Source: Mobula hypostoma | Taxonomy: Eukaryota | Direction of reading: 5' to 3' | NCBI RefSeq assembly: GCF_963921235.1 | Contig: NC_086097.1 | Location: 231,386,001 to 231,450,000 of the forward strand | DNA length: 64,000 bases | Position numbers and translations under genes: made by a program | Notes under the pieces: model-generated | What the model was told of the DNA's origin: nothing | Database searches by the model: none | The model's input: the letters and a program-made list of their open reading frames with translations, nothing else | In this document: positions 1 to 12,125 of the stretch, one piece after another | How positions within the stretch are numbered: the first letter of the stretch is position 1 | Layout of the letters: each line of letters opens with the position of its first letter

Positions 1-350
1 CTTCCACAGGTGATCAAAGCCTATCCAGTAAATCAATGAATCATAATTATTCTCAACAATTCACAATATATTTACTCAAATCAGACTGCCTTGTTCTGCT
101 GACCTAATTCAGAGATTATCTAAGTTATATTATGTACTAAGAAACTAATTCAAAGTTTAAAATTCAAAGTAAATTTTATTATCTAAGTACATACAGTATA
201 TGTCACCATATACAACCCTGAGATTCATTTTCTTGAAGAAATCTGTAGAATAGTAACTATAACAGGATCATTGAAAGTTCAACCAGAGTGCAGAAGACAA
301 CTACTTGTGCGAATACAAATATAAATAAATAACGAGAGCACTACAGAGAG

Positions 351-1020
351 TGTGTTGCCCTTAAGGCATTTATTTGACTTTGTTGGGTCTGCGTTTTAAA
401 TGATTTGTTTGTAACTGTTTTCTAGTTAACGTTAAAGGTTGATAATTGTGTTACAGTTTAACAAAGGTAAATTCATTGTCTATGGTATAGCGCGGCATGC
501 GATGACGTCACCTCGGGTTTCGCCGTGTCTTATGTGTAACCTCCAGTTCGGAGAAGGTGTGAAGGTGGGTGCCATGCGTGCAGCATGATTGTGAAGATTT
601 CCGTTTCTACCCACAAAGAAACATTATAGAAGCAATGCCGCAAGTTCATAAGAATGTATTTGAAGTAAAAATATTAACGCGGTTTCTGTTAAGGAAGTGG
701 CGGTTGGGGCAGCGCGCGTGCCGGCTTTTCAATTTCAAACGCGGGGTCGGCTCGAGCCCAATGGCGGTTTGACGGGACCCTCCTCGCCCGCTACTCGGGG
801 CGGCTGGAGACTCTCGCTAAAAGAGGAGAGCACGCGTGGTCTCCAGAATGAAACAGACGCTGTATATGTTTGTATTTTTTTATCAACAGTTTTCACCATA
901 CGATGTTAATGTGGAAGAGTGAACCATAAATGGTTAACCTTACTGCAACTCTGTCTTTATTGGCTCCCGTTTAACTTGGTGTTTAGTCAGAGTTTCAACA
1001 CACTGCACAAGAACACTGCA
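351..1020. mobile_element. Solo LTR (LTR retrotransposon; the 5-bp TSD fits BEL/Pao or some Gypsy)
   Basis: Begins TGTGTTG and ends CACTGCA (TG...CA). GAGAG flanks it at 346-350 and 1021-1025. CpG-rich interior with CRE palindrome TGACGTCA at 503-510. Splits a Rex-type 3' end (~160-345 / 1026-1170). Confidence 0.6.
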
Positions 1021-2881
1021 GAGAGAATGATATAAAGAGTCCTTAAAGTGAGATCATTGGTTGTAAGAACATTTCAATGATGGGGCAAGTGAGTGTAGTT
1101 ATCCCCTTCTATTCAAGGGGTTGAGGGGTAGTATCTGTTCTTGAAACTGGTGGTGCGAGTCCTGAGGCTCAAGGTATCAACTATTGACCAAATATACAAA
1201 AATGTCCCTATCATTGTATGGAAAATATAATTACTGATTAAAAATACAGAGAGTGTTTCCGAAAATTAACTAAGTTATAATGACCTAGGCACAAATTTAA
1301 TACTTCTAAAGATGCAAGTAAACTACAGATATACATTGTCAAAGCCCACACATGACTGGGGGTTCACAATTTATAGAACAAACCAATCTACCGTAAGTTA
1401 AATAAGAGTGTTACTTGACTGTCACCTTTTGCTTTGGCAGGCTAAGTATTTAGTCTGGCTAAATAAACTATCCGTGTGATTATGACATTAATGGAAAATA
1501 GACATCTTTCTTAACCTCTCTGAAAAGATTATTGGTCAAAAATTAAAATGAATATTGTGACTGCTGTTAACACAAAGGATTCTGCTCCAAGGTGTAGTAG
1601 AAACAAAAGCCAAGATAAATAAGATCACTCCAGTTTAAAATGATTTTGCCAAAGGCTGGATTCAAATTACTTTAGTTGACATAATGAACTGTTTTAACTG
1701 TTTTTTTTCAAAGTAAATACCATTATGCTCTCAATCAACTGTAGGATTATGAACTTTATTGACATTCAAAAGAAGAAGGAATTGTACCTTTGAATTGATT
1801 GTTTTTGTCAGTTCAATGCAGGGAATTAGTTACTTCAAAAGCACCTGAGAAACAAACACTTTGTGTCAAACTATGTACTGAATATGATATAAAATTCTAT
1901 TTTTATTTGTGAATACTAAAATAAATAATTATAATTAACTCTTTTGACCTATGATTAGGGTTGGAGTTAGTGAGTGTGAGACATGCTATGTTGGCACTGG
2001 AAGCATAGCAGCACATGTGGACACAATCCTCACTGAGTTGATTTGGCACAAACAACACATTTCACTGTATGTTTCCATGTACATGTAACAAATCTAGCTT
2101 GACAAAGGTTTTTATTTTATCCACAGAAATTTAAAATAATTGGATCAATAACTGTGACTAGCCACTTGTAGCTCTTTGAGATTTGCAACTTGGAATGGTC
2201 ATGCAAATTTACATTTATTTGTAAAATGAATAATACGTGATCCAGGTGCAATGCTCAGTTAAAAACAAATTCAAGAAAACCAAATTTGTACTTCAACAAT
2301 TCTGAAATTTGTCTGCTCATTCTCCTTCATTAAATCACTGTGATGTCCTTTCTCTACTTTTTGCCACTCACAGGGAAAGAATATTGTTGGTTATAGTCAA
2401 CTTGTGACTGGAGATTATATATATAAAGCTCTTGTTAAATGAGAATACTGTCATAAAATCAATCTCAGCATCAGCAAAGAGAATAACTAGGTTAATGGTT
2501 TCAGCATCAACAATGTCTTGTGATTCATTTTCTTACAAACTATCTTATCTTTCTATTTCGATTCCTAATTTCAAGTTTTGGAATCTTTTTTGATTCTTTA
2601 TCAGTTTGTTTTAATTCACAGTGGAAATAAAGTTTGCTTGAGCTTTATTTTGTATGCGAATATTATGCGGGCACAGGAGCCTTAGGTCTCACACCATCAA
2701 GTTCAGGAACAGTTATTATCCCTCAGCCACCAGGATCTTGAACCAGTGGGGAAACTTCACTCAACTTCACTTGCCCCATTACTGAAATGTTCCCAGAACC
2801 TACGGATTCACTTTCAAGGGCTCTTCAACTCATGTTCTCAATATTTATTGCTTATTTCATTTTATTATTATTTTTCTCTTT

Positions 2882-3556
2882 TATCATCATCATCATCAGG
2901 TGCCATGCCCAGTTTGAGCTTTGACTGCCATGGCCCACACACTCCTGTTTCAGGTCAGGTGGATCAATTCATTGGTATTCATTTCCAGTTCTCTGGCTGC
3001 TGTCTCCATCATTATTTGTCTTTGTCTTCCTCTTGCTTTCTTCCCTTCAATCTTTCCCATAATTACCGTGCATTCTAACTCCTCTTTCCTAATCACATGT
3101 CCAATGAAGTTACGTTGCCTTTTCATGATCTCATACATTATTTCCCTTTCTGTGTTTGTTCTGTTCATGACATTCTCATTAGATATTCGTTTTGTCCATG
3201 TTATTCTTTGCATCCTCCTCAAAAACCACATCTCTGCTGCTTCAATTTGTTTCCTCATGTTACTAGGTATTGTCCAACATTCTGAGCCATATTACATAAC
3301 AGGATAAACGTAACATTTCAGTACTCTGAGGCGGGTTGTCATGCCTAGTTTAGTATTGGTCAGTATACTCTTCATTCTCGTAAAGGTGTCTTTTGCCATC
3401 CCTATTCTTCTTTTGATGTCCAAGTCGCACCTGCCATCCGATGTCACCCAGCTTCCTAAGTAGCAAAAGTTCTGTACTTGTTTTATGTCTTCCCCATTTA
3501 TTCTCAGCCTGCAGATAGGATTCTCTTTCTTTTTGGATATCACCACACATTCTGTC
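2882..3556 (-). mobile_element. RTE-clade LINE 3' fragment nested in a Rex-type 3' repeat
   Basis: Minus-strand peptides FCYLGSWVTSDGRC, EAAEMWFLRRMQRITW and GKIEGKKARGRQR are typical of the RTE C-terminus. (TGA)n tail at 2882-2897. Confidence 0.8.
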
Positions 3557-5347
3557 TCTGTTATATTTGCACAGTTTGTTCTCTTTTGCACATTGCTTGT
3601 TCGTCCACCCTGTTGTGTGTGGTCTTCCATTGATTCTAATATGGTTCTTGGATTTACTGTGTATGCCCGCAAGAAAATGAATCTCAGGCTCATATATGGT
3701 GATGTATATGTACATTGACAATACGTTTACTTTGAAATCTTGGTGCCTGCCTGCCCTGCAAAGACAATTGATCCTTTTGATGCTTTCATAATGATGGTGG
3801 CAGAATGGGAATTGAATAATTTGCCAGACATGCTGGAGATGTTTCAATAGATGTGAATAGAACAATACAAGTCCATCTGTTGCTGTAAAGTTATTAATGG
3901 CTTTGACATTTCTAATCCATAAGTCTGAACTTAAGCCAAGAATTGAAATGAACATGTGCCAGACACAGATGGGAGTTATTTGTTGGTAAAAGCAGATTTT
4001 AGGAATAAGCAATTGGAACTAGGAAAATTAAATGAAAAGGTATACGCTGACTAATAAAGAAATGACAATTGCCTGAAAATGTTTCAGTGTTCATTAGAGT
4101 CCAGAAGAAATACCTGACACTAATCATTAACTAGCCAGCAGTAATGCAACAAAGATGGATTTAAAACTAAGTGTAAGTAAAGAAACATACAAAAATTATA
4201 TGAACAATAAAGGATAGGATAATAATGTATATTTTTAGAAACAAATGTAAAAAAAAACGAAGAAATCAATAAAAAGTTACAAAGGTTAAATTATCAAGCA
4301 GCAGAAGAAGATATAGGAAAAATACTCCACAGTCAGAAATAAAATTAAAAATCAGAATAGGGAGAAAGGCATTGAGGGAAATTCGGATCCAACATTTTAA
4401 TTTGTATTATATTCAACTTGTTCTCATTGCTGAAGTATGAAGGCACACACGCAACTATTCAGGAACAGCTTCTCCCCCACTGCCATCCATTTTCTGAATG
4501 GACATTGAACCTACGAGCACTACCTCACTAATTTTTTTATTTCTATTTTTGCATTACTTATTTAAACTATTTTATATGTATTTACTGTAATTCATGTTTC
4601 CTATTATGTTTTGCATTCTACTGCTGCTGCAAAGACAACAAATTTCACGACATATACCTGTAATATTAAACCTGATTCTGATTCTTTGGAACTTGTACAT
4701 GTACTATTTCTGTGTACAAATCATGTCTGTAATTGGGACGCCACTTGTTCACTCTTTACAGAAATGATTTGTTTTGCAAAGTTAAATCTGTGGATGCTGA
4801 AAATATGAAATAAAATTGGTAATTACTGGAATACTCAATAAGTCAGGCAGCATTTATGGAGAGAGGAGAATGTTAACATTTCAGATTAATGTTTTTGGCT
4901 GTTAATACTCAGAAACACTCAGCAGATTCTGCAGATGTGATGTTAGGTTTTCAACCTTAGGTGTTAACTCCATTTTTTCTTTTCGTAGATGTCGTCTAGC
5001 CTTGTGTCCGTTCCAGCATTTTCTATCTTTATTTTCAAATTTCCAGTTACTGCAATTTCTGATTTTCAAAGCAGCCCACACTCATCCTGGCATTCTCCAA
5101 AAATATCTCAGAGTGAAAGCGTCCTAAGAAAACAAACAATCATGATATGATTGAATTTTTAATGGCTCTAAGAGGAGAATTTTAAACTTAAATTATGCAA
5201 TTATGAAGATATGAAATTAGATGTATTTGAAGGGGATCTATTAGAATACTTAGAACTTCAACATGAAAGAAAAATTCCAAGGGGTAACACCAACACTCAT
5301 GGCTAAACAAACGACTACCAGAAGGGAAAAAATCAGGAGGGAACTAA

Positions 5348-5473
5348 AAACAACAGGAATTCTGCAGATGCTGGAAATTCAAGCAACATACATCAAAGTT
5401 GCTGGTGAACGCAGCAGGCCAGGCAGCATCTATAGGAAGAAGCGCAGTCGACGTTTCAGGCCGAGACCCTTCG
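5348..5473 (-). mobile_element. Penelope-like element terminal fragment with minimal hammerhead core
   Basis: Homologous to 53750-53885 and 63645-63785. Minus strand CTGACGA-AGGGTCTCGGCCT-GAAACGTC. 15-bp direct repeat TCAGGAGGGAACTAA at 5333-5347 and 5474-5488. Confidence 0.75.
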
Positions 5474-5924
5474 TCAGGAGGGAACTAACTATCTTATAGG
5501 AAAAGTTTTCATGAGCATGTAAAGAGGAAAAGCAATTGAGTCTGGAGAAGTGATCATGAGAAAAAAGAAAGCAAAGTCAAAGTAAATTTATTATTGAAGT
5601 ACATATATGCCACAATATACTACCTTGAGATTCATTTTCACATGGACACTTGCAGCAAAATAAAGAAACACAAAAGAATTAATGAAAAACTATACATAAA
5701 CAAATACTGACAAGCAAAAATGTGCAAAAGATGATAAATTGTGCAAATAAAAAATAAATAATACGGAGAACATGAATCTTTGTAAGTGAGTCTGTAGGTT
5801 GTGGAATCAGTTCAGAATCGTGATAAATGACATTATCCTCACTAGTTCAGGAGCCTGATGGTAGTAGCAGATGTACTAAGCAGGTGCTTCACATTAGGCT
5901 TCACTCGAAGTTACATGTAACATT

Positions 5925-6370
5925 GTACTTTAAATTCCTTGGCGTCCTCATTGCAGAGGATCTGTCCTGGGCCCAACACGTAGGTGCCATTACAAAGAAG
6001 ATACAGCAGCACCTCAACTTCCTTAGAAGTTTGCAAAGATTCTGCATGTCATCTGAACCTTTGACAAACTTTTATAGATGTGCAGTGGAGGGTATACTGA
6101 CCGGTTGCATCACGGGCTGGTATGGAAACACCAATGCCCTTGAACGGAAAAGCTTACAAATGTAGTGGATGCAGCCCACTCCATCACGGGTAAAGCCCTC
6201 CCCACCGTTGAGCACGTCTGCAAGGAGTGCTGTCCAGGAGAGCAGCATCCATCATCAACGACCCCCACCACCTGGGCCATGCTCTCTTCCTGCTGCTGCC
6301 ATCAGAAAGGAGGTACAGGAGCCTCAGGTTCAGGAACGGTTATTACCTCTCAACCATCAGGTTCCTGAAC
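5925..6370 (+). mobile_element. Rex1/Babar-type LINE 3' fragment
   Basis: Peptide FKFLGVLIAEDLSW...QQHLNFLRSL...NFYRCAVEGILTGCITGWYG. Confidence 0.8.
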
Positions 6371-6845
6371 CAGAATCAGAATCAGGTTTATTATCACCGG
6401 CATGTGACGTGAAATTTGTTAACCGAGCAGCAGCAGTTCAATGCAATATATAATAGAAGAGAAAAAAAGGATAAAAATAATAATAATCAAACAAGTAAAT
6501 CAATTATAGTATACGTATATCGAAAAGATTTTTAAAAAACGTGCAAAAAACAGAAATACTGTATATTTTTTTAAAAGTGAGGTGGTGTCCAAGGGCTCAA
6601 TGTCCATTTAGGAATCGGATGGCAGAGGGGAAGAAGCTGTTCCTGAATCGCTGAGTGTGTGCCTTCAGGCCTTTGTACCTCCTACCTGATGGTAACAGTG
6701 AGAAAAGGGCATGCCCTGTGTGCTGGAAGTCCGTAATAATGGACGCTGCCCTTCTGAGACACCGCTCCCTGAAGATGCCCTGGGTACTTTGTAGGCTAGT
6801 GCCCAAGATGGAGCTGACTAGATTTACAACCTTCTGCAGCTTCTT
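6370..6845 (-). mobile_element. Rex1/Babar-type LINE 3' end
   Basis: Peptide KKLQKVV...HALFSLLPSGRRY...FRNSFFPSAIR, followed by the family's AATAAACCTGATTCTGATTCTG tail. Confidence 0.8.
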
Positions 6846-7598
6846 TCGGGATAACTTCACTCACCCCAACACTAAAATGATTCCACGAAATATGGACTCA
6901 CTTTCAAGGACTCTACCACTAGTTTTTTCGATATTAATTAAATCGTTTATTATTATGTATTTTCATTTTTTATTTGCACAATTTGTTGCTCATCCATTTT
7001 GCTGTGCGCAGTTGCAGTTTCTCATTGATTCCATTGTGTTTCTTTGTATTCACTGTGAATGCCTGCAAGAAAATGAATCTCAGGGTGACATGTCATTCTG
7101 AAGGCCCAATCAGTGGCAGGTGCAGCGCACGGCGAGGAGGTTACTCGCGGGTCAGTGGCGCTCATTTAAAAGGAGAGCTTCGTGGGCATTTGGTGTCATT
7201 CGGACGGCCCAATCAGTGGCAGGAGCAGTTCATAGAGGAGTAAATAAAAGTACAGAAGGAACAAGCAGAGCAGCCATAGTTCGGAGTGGGCCAGTGGGAG
7301 AGTGGGAGAGTCAGGCTTTGGCACAAAGGAGGCTACAGCTCGGAGGTATTGGCTCTAGGTAAGTCGTCCAGGTAAATTTCTGTTCAGTGTCCCTTTTTTC
7401 TTACTGTGTCAGGGGTACTGAGTGTAGTTTAAATGGCCATCGTGTGTTCTTCATGCCGGATGTTGGGGTCCTGCAGGATCTACACCTGCGTGAAGTGCAT
7501 CCGGCTGCAGCTCCTTGTGGACCGTGTTAGGGATCTGGATGACCTTCGGCTTGTAATGGAGAGTGAGGAGATCATCGATTGGAGTTACAGGGAAGTAG

Positions 7599-8155
7599 GG
7601 TATATGGGGTGTCAGGGAGGGGTAGCACCTCTGGTGGGGGAACATGTCACGTCCTTTTCAGGGCGGTTAGTCCACCTTTGGTCCCCACCTGGCACTCAGC
7701 TCTCACCTGTGGCTCACCGAAGCTGTTTGCATGCGACAGCGGCCACACCCCGGGCAACGGCTTCGACAAGCCGGCTAAACCAGGTGAGGGTAGCCGATGG
7801 GTCTCAAACCCTCGGTGAGATAGGGAGTTGTCTATCCCAGCATGTGAAGACAGACTCTGGCGGATTGAGCTGACGAGACCAATGGAAGGTCCAACGGTCA
7901 AGAAGGCGGTCTCTGCAAGCGTCGTGGAACGTGTAGAGCAGGACAAGACATAGAAGACATCCTGGTCATCCACTGCGCCTAGTCCCAACTCCAGCCCTCT
8001 TGCCACTGGATCCAGATGGGAATTGGGAAGAGAGAGTGAGGCTGACGCTGCGCAACTCTCCCTCACTTAAATCCAAATCACGCGCTAGTCTCGACACCAT
8101 CATAATGGTGTCGAGGTCCTCATCGACGTCAACGATGGACGAACAACACAAACAC
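7599..8155 (+). mobile_element. Non-autonomous SINE-like retroelement (probably RTE-dependent) with 5' HDV-like ribozyme
   Basis: Perfect 12-bp TSD ACAGGGAAGTAG at 7587-7598 and 8156-8167. AAC-rich tail and 3' hairpins. No recognisable protein. Interrupts CR1 ORF1. Confidence 0.8.
7606..7788 (+). ncRNA. HDV-like (nested double-pseudoknot) self-cleaving ribozyme, predicted
   Basis: P1 GGGGTGT 7606-7612 / ACACCCC 7745-7751. P2 CTCACCTG 7702-7709 / CAGGTGAG 7781-7788. P3 GGC 7711-7713 / GCC 7742-7744. GG+GCAA at 7752-7757. P4 CGGCTT 7758-7763 / AAGCCG 7768-7773. J4/2 GCTAA with putative catalytic C7775. Confidence 0.75.
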
Positions 8156-10608
8156 ACAGGGAAGTAGCCATCCCTAAGATGCAGGAGGCAAGTAGCTGGG
8201 TGACCATTAAGAGAAATGGAAATGTGATTGGGCAGTTAGCATTGAGCACCCCTGTGGCCATTCCTCTCAATAACAAGTATACCATTTTGGATATTCTGTT
8301 GTGGGGTTTGACCTCCCAGGGGAATGCCACAGAGACCAAGTTACTGGCACTGAGCATGGGTCTATGGTGCAGAAGGGAACGAAGGAGAAGAAGGGAGCCG
8401 TAGTGATAGGGTACCTAGTAGTCAGAGAAACAGACACAAGATTCTGTGGATGTGAACAGGACACCCAGATGGTATGTTGCCTCCCAGGTGCCAGGGCCAG
8501 GGACTCGGATTGCATCCACAGCATTTTGGAGAGGGGAGGGAGAGCAGCCAGATGTTTTGGTACATATTGGTACCAGTGATATAGCAAGGAAAAGCAAAGA
8601 GGTCCTGAAAAGAGCATTTAGAGAGCTAGGTAAAAAGCAGAGAAGCAGGACCTCCTGGGTAGTAATTTCTGGATTGCTACCTGTGACACTCACCAGAGAG
8701 GGTAGAAACAGGATGATTTGGAAAATTAATGTATGGCTGAGAAGCTGGTGCAGGGGCCAGGGCTTCAGATTCTTGGATCATTGAGATCTCTTCTGGGGGA
8801 GGTATGACCTGTACAAAAGGGACAGGTTGCACCTGAACCCGAGGGGCACCAATATTCACACTGGCAGGTTTGTTAGTGCTGTTGGGGAGTGTTTAAACTT
8901 ATTTGGTAAGGGGATGGGAACTGGAGTGATGGAACTCAGGATACCACAGATGGTAAAAGAAAAAAGCAAATAAAGTGTGCAGTCAGACTGTCAGAAAGGG
9001 CAGGCAGATATTGGGACATAATTGCAGCCAGCAGAGAGAGGTGAGTATCGGTGCATTATGGATGCAGAACCAGAAAGGGTAGTGAATGTGGCAGTCAAAG
9101 TGTTATATCTTAATGCACAGAGTATAAGAAATAAGATGATCATGGCTGAAGGATGGTTGTAGTTGGGAGCTAAATGTCCAAGGTTACACATTGTATCGGG
9201 GGGTTAGGAAGGTAGGCAGAGGGGGTGTTGCGGCTCTGCTGGTAAAGAATGGCATCAAATCATTAGAAAGATGTGACATAGGATTGGAAGATGTTGAATC
9301 CTTGTGGGTTGAGTTAAGAAACTGCAAGGGTAAAAGTACCCTGATGGCAGTTATATACAGGCCTCCAAACAGTAGCTTGGATGTGGACTATGGATTACAA
9401 CAGGAAATAGAAAAGGTGTGTCAAAAGGACAATCTTATGATCGTTATGAGATTTTAACATGCAGATAGATTGGGAAAATGAGGTTGGTAATGGATCTCAA
9501 GAGAGTGAGTTTGTTGAAAGCCTACGAGATTGCTTTTCAGAATAGCTTGTTGTTGAGCCTAATAGGGGATCAGTTATATTGGATTGGGTGTTATGTAATG
9601 AACTGAAGGCGATTAGGAAGCTTTAGGTAAAGGACCCCTTAGGAGGTAGTGATCACAATATGATTGAGTTCAAATTGAAATTTGAAAGGAAGAAGGTGAA
9701 GTCTGACATAGCAGTATTTCAGTGGAGTGAAGGAAATTACAGTGGTATGAGAGAGGAGCCGGCCAAAGTAAATTGCAAGGCGATGCGGGCAGGGATGACA
9801 GTACAGCAGCAATGGCTCGAGTTTCTTGGAAAAATGAGAAAGGTGCAGGATAGATGTGTTCCAAAAACAAAGAAATAATCAAATGGCAGAATAGTACAAC
9901 TGTGGCTGACAGGGGAAGTCAACGCTAATGTAAAAGCAAAAGAGAGGGCATACAACAAAGCAAAAATTAGTGGGAAATTAGAGGATTGGGAAGCTTTTAA
10001 AACCCTCCAGAGAGCAACTAAAAGAATCATTCAGAGGGAAAAGGTGAAATACGAAAGCAAGCTAGCAAACAGTATCAAATTGGATAGTAAAAGCTTTTTC
10101 AAGTATTTAGAAAATGAAAGCGAGTGGATACAGGACTGCTAGAAAATTAGGCCAGAAAAGTAACAGTGGGGGACAGGGAGATGGCAGATGAAATAAATAA
10201 ATATTTTGCATCAGTCTTCACTGTGGTAGACACTAGCAGTGTGCCAGGTGTAGAAGGGTGTAAGGGAAGAGAAGTGAGTGCAGTTACTATTACAAGGGAG
10301 AAGCCACTCAAAAGGTGAAAAGAATTAAAGATGCACAAGTCACCCAGTCCACTGCACTAAAGGGTTCTGAAAGAGGTAGCATAAAGACAATGTGGAGGCA
10401 TTAGTAATGATCTTTCAAGAATCATTGGACTCTGGCGTGGTTCCAGAGGAATGGAAAATTGCAGATGTCACTCTGCTATTTAAGAAAGGAGGAATTCACC
10501 AGAAAGAGAAATACAGAGCAGTTAGCCTGACCTCAATGGCTGGGAAGATGTTGGAGTCAATTGTTAAGGATGAGGTTATGGAGCACTTTGTGACACAGGA
10601 CAAGATAG

Positions 10609-11912
10609 TCATAGTCATAGTCATAGTCATACTTTATTGATCCCGGGGAAAATTGGTTTTCGTTACAGTTGCACCATAAATAATTAAATAATAATATGTA
10701 AATTATGCCAGTAAATTATGAAATAAGTCCAGGATCAGCCTATTGGCTCAGGGTGTCTGACCCTCCAAGGGAGGAGTTGTAAAGTTTGATAGCCACAGGC
10801 AGGAATGACTTCCTATGACGCTCTGTGTTGCATCTTGGTGGAATGAGTCTCTGGCTGAATGTACTCCTGTGTCCACCCAGTACATTATGTAGTGGATGGG
10901 AGACATTGTCCAAGATGGCATGCAACTTGGACAGCATCCTCTTTTCAGACACCACCGTCAGAGAGTCCAGTTCCATCCCCAGAACATCACTGGCCTTACG
11001 AATGAGTTTGTTGATTCTGTTGGTGTCTGCTACCCTCAGCCTGCTGCCCCAGCACACAACAGCAAACATGATAGCACTGGCCACCACAGACTCGTAGAAC
11101 ATCCTCACAATTGTCCGGCAGATGTTAAAGGACCTCAGTCTCCTCTGGAAATAGAGACGGCTCTGACCCTTCTTGTAGACGGCCTCAATGTTCTTAGACC
11201 AGTCCAGTTTATTGTCAATTCATATCCCCAGGTAGTTGTAATCCTCCACCATGTCCACACTGATCCCCTGGATGGAAACAGGGGTCACCGGTACCTTAGC
11301 TCTCCTCAGGTCTACCACTAGCTCCTTAGTCTTTTTCACATTAAGCTGCAGATAATTCTGCTCACACCATGTGACAAAGTTTCCTACCGTAGCCCTGTAC
11401 TCAGCCTCATCTCCCTTGCTGATGCATCCAACTATGGCAGAGTCATCCGAAAACTTCTGAAGATGACAAGCCTCTGTGCAGTAGTTGAAGTCCGAGGTGT
11501 AAATGGTGAAGAGAAAGGGAGACAAGACAGTCCCCTGTGGAGCCCCAGTGCTTCTGATCACTCTGTTCTACACACAGTGTTGCAAGCACATGTACTGTGG
11601 TCTGCCAGTCAGGTAATCAAGAATCCATGACACCAGGGAAGCATCCACCTGCATTGCTGTCAGCTTCTCCCCCAGCAGAGCAGGGCAGATGGTGTTGAAC
11701 GCACTGGAGAAGTCAAAAAACATGACCCTCACAGTGCTCACTGGCTTGTCCAGGTCGGCGTAGACACGGTTCAGCAGGTAGACGATGGCATCCTCAACTC
11801 CTAGTCGGAGCTGGTAGGCGAACTGGAGGGGATCTAAGTGTGGCCTGACCATAGGCCGGAGCAGCTCCAGAGCTCCAGAGCGAGTCTGTCCAGGGTCTTC
11901 ATGATGTGGGAG
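10609..11912 (-). mobile_element. Rex1/Babar-type LINE, 5'-truncated, nested in CR1
   Basis: RT motifs LDPLQFAY, FFDFSSAFNTI, GAPQGTVLSP, KFSDDS. (CTATGA)n tail. GATAG duplicated at both junctions; the host CR1 resumes at ~11913. Confidence 0.85.
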
Positions 11913-12125
11913 GATAGGACAAAGTCAGCATGGTTTCCTTAAGGGAAAATCTTGCCTGATGAACTTGTTGGAATTCTTTGAGGAAATTACAAGTAGGATC
12001 AATAGAGGGGATGTGGTGGATGTTGTATATTTGAATTTTGAGAAGGCCTGAAAAGAATCCACACATGAGGCTGCTTACCAAGTTAACAGCCCATGGTATT
12101 ACAGGAACGTTAGTAGCATGGTTAA

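Noticed and set aside
3350..4012. 220-aa minus-strand ORF as a gene
   Set aside because: It crosses unique DNA, a Rex-type repeat and an out-of-frame RTE fragment, and shows no recognisable domain.
7433..7873. 146-aa ORF as a novel protein
   Set aside because: It is the CR1 ORF1 start reading into the non-coding insertion.
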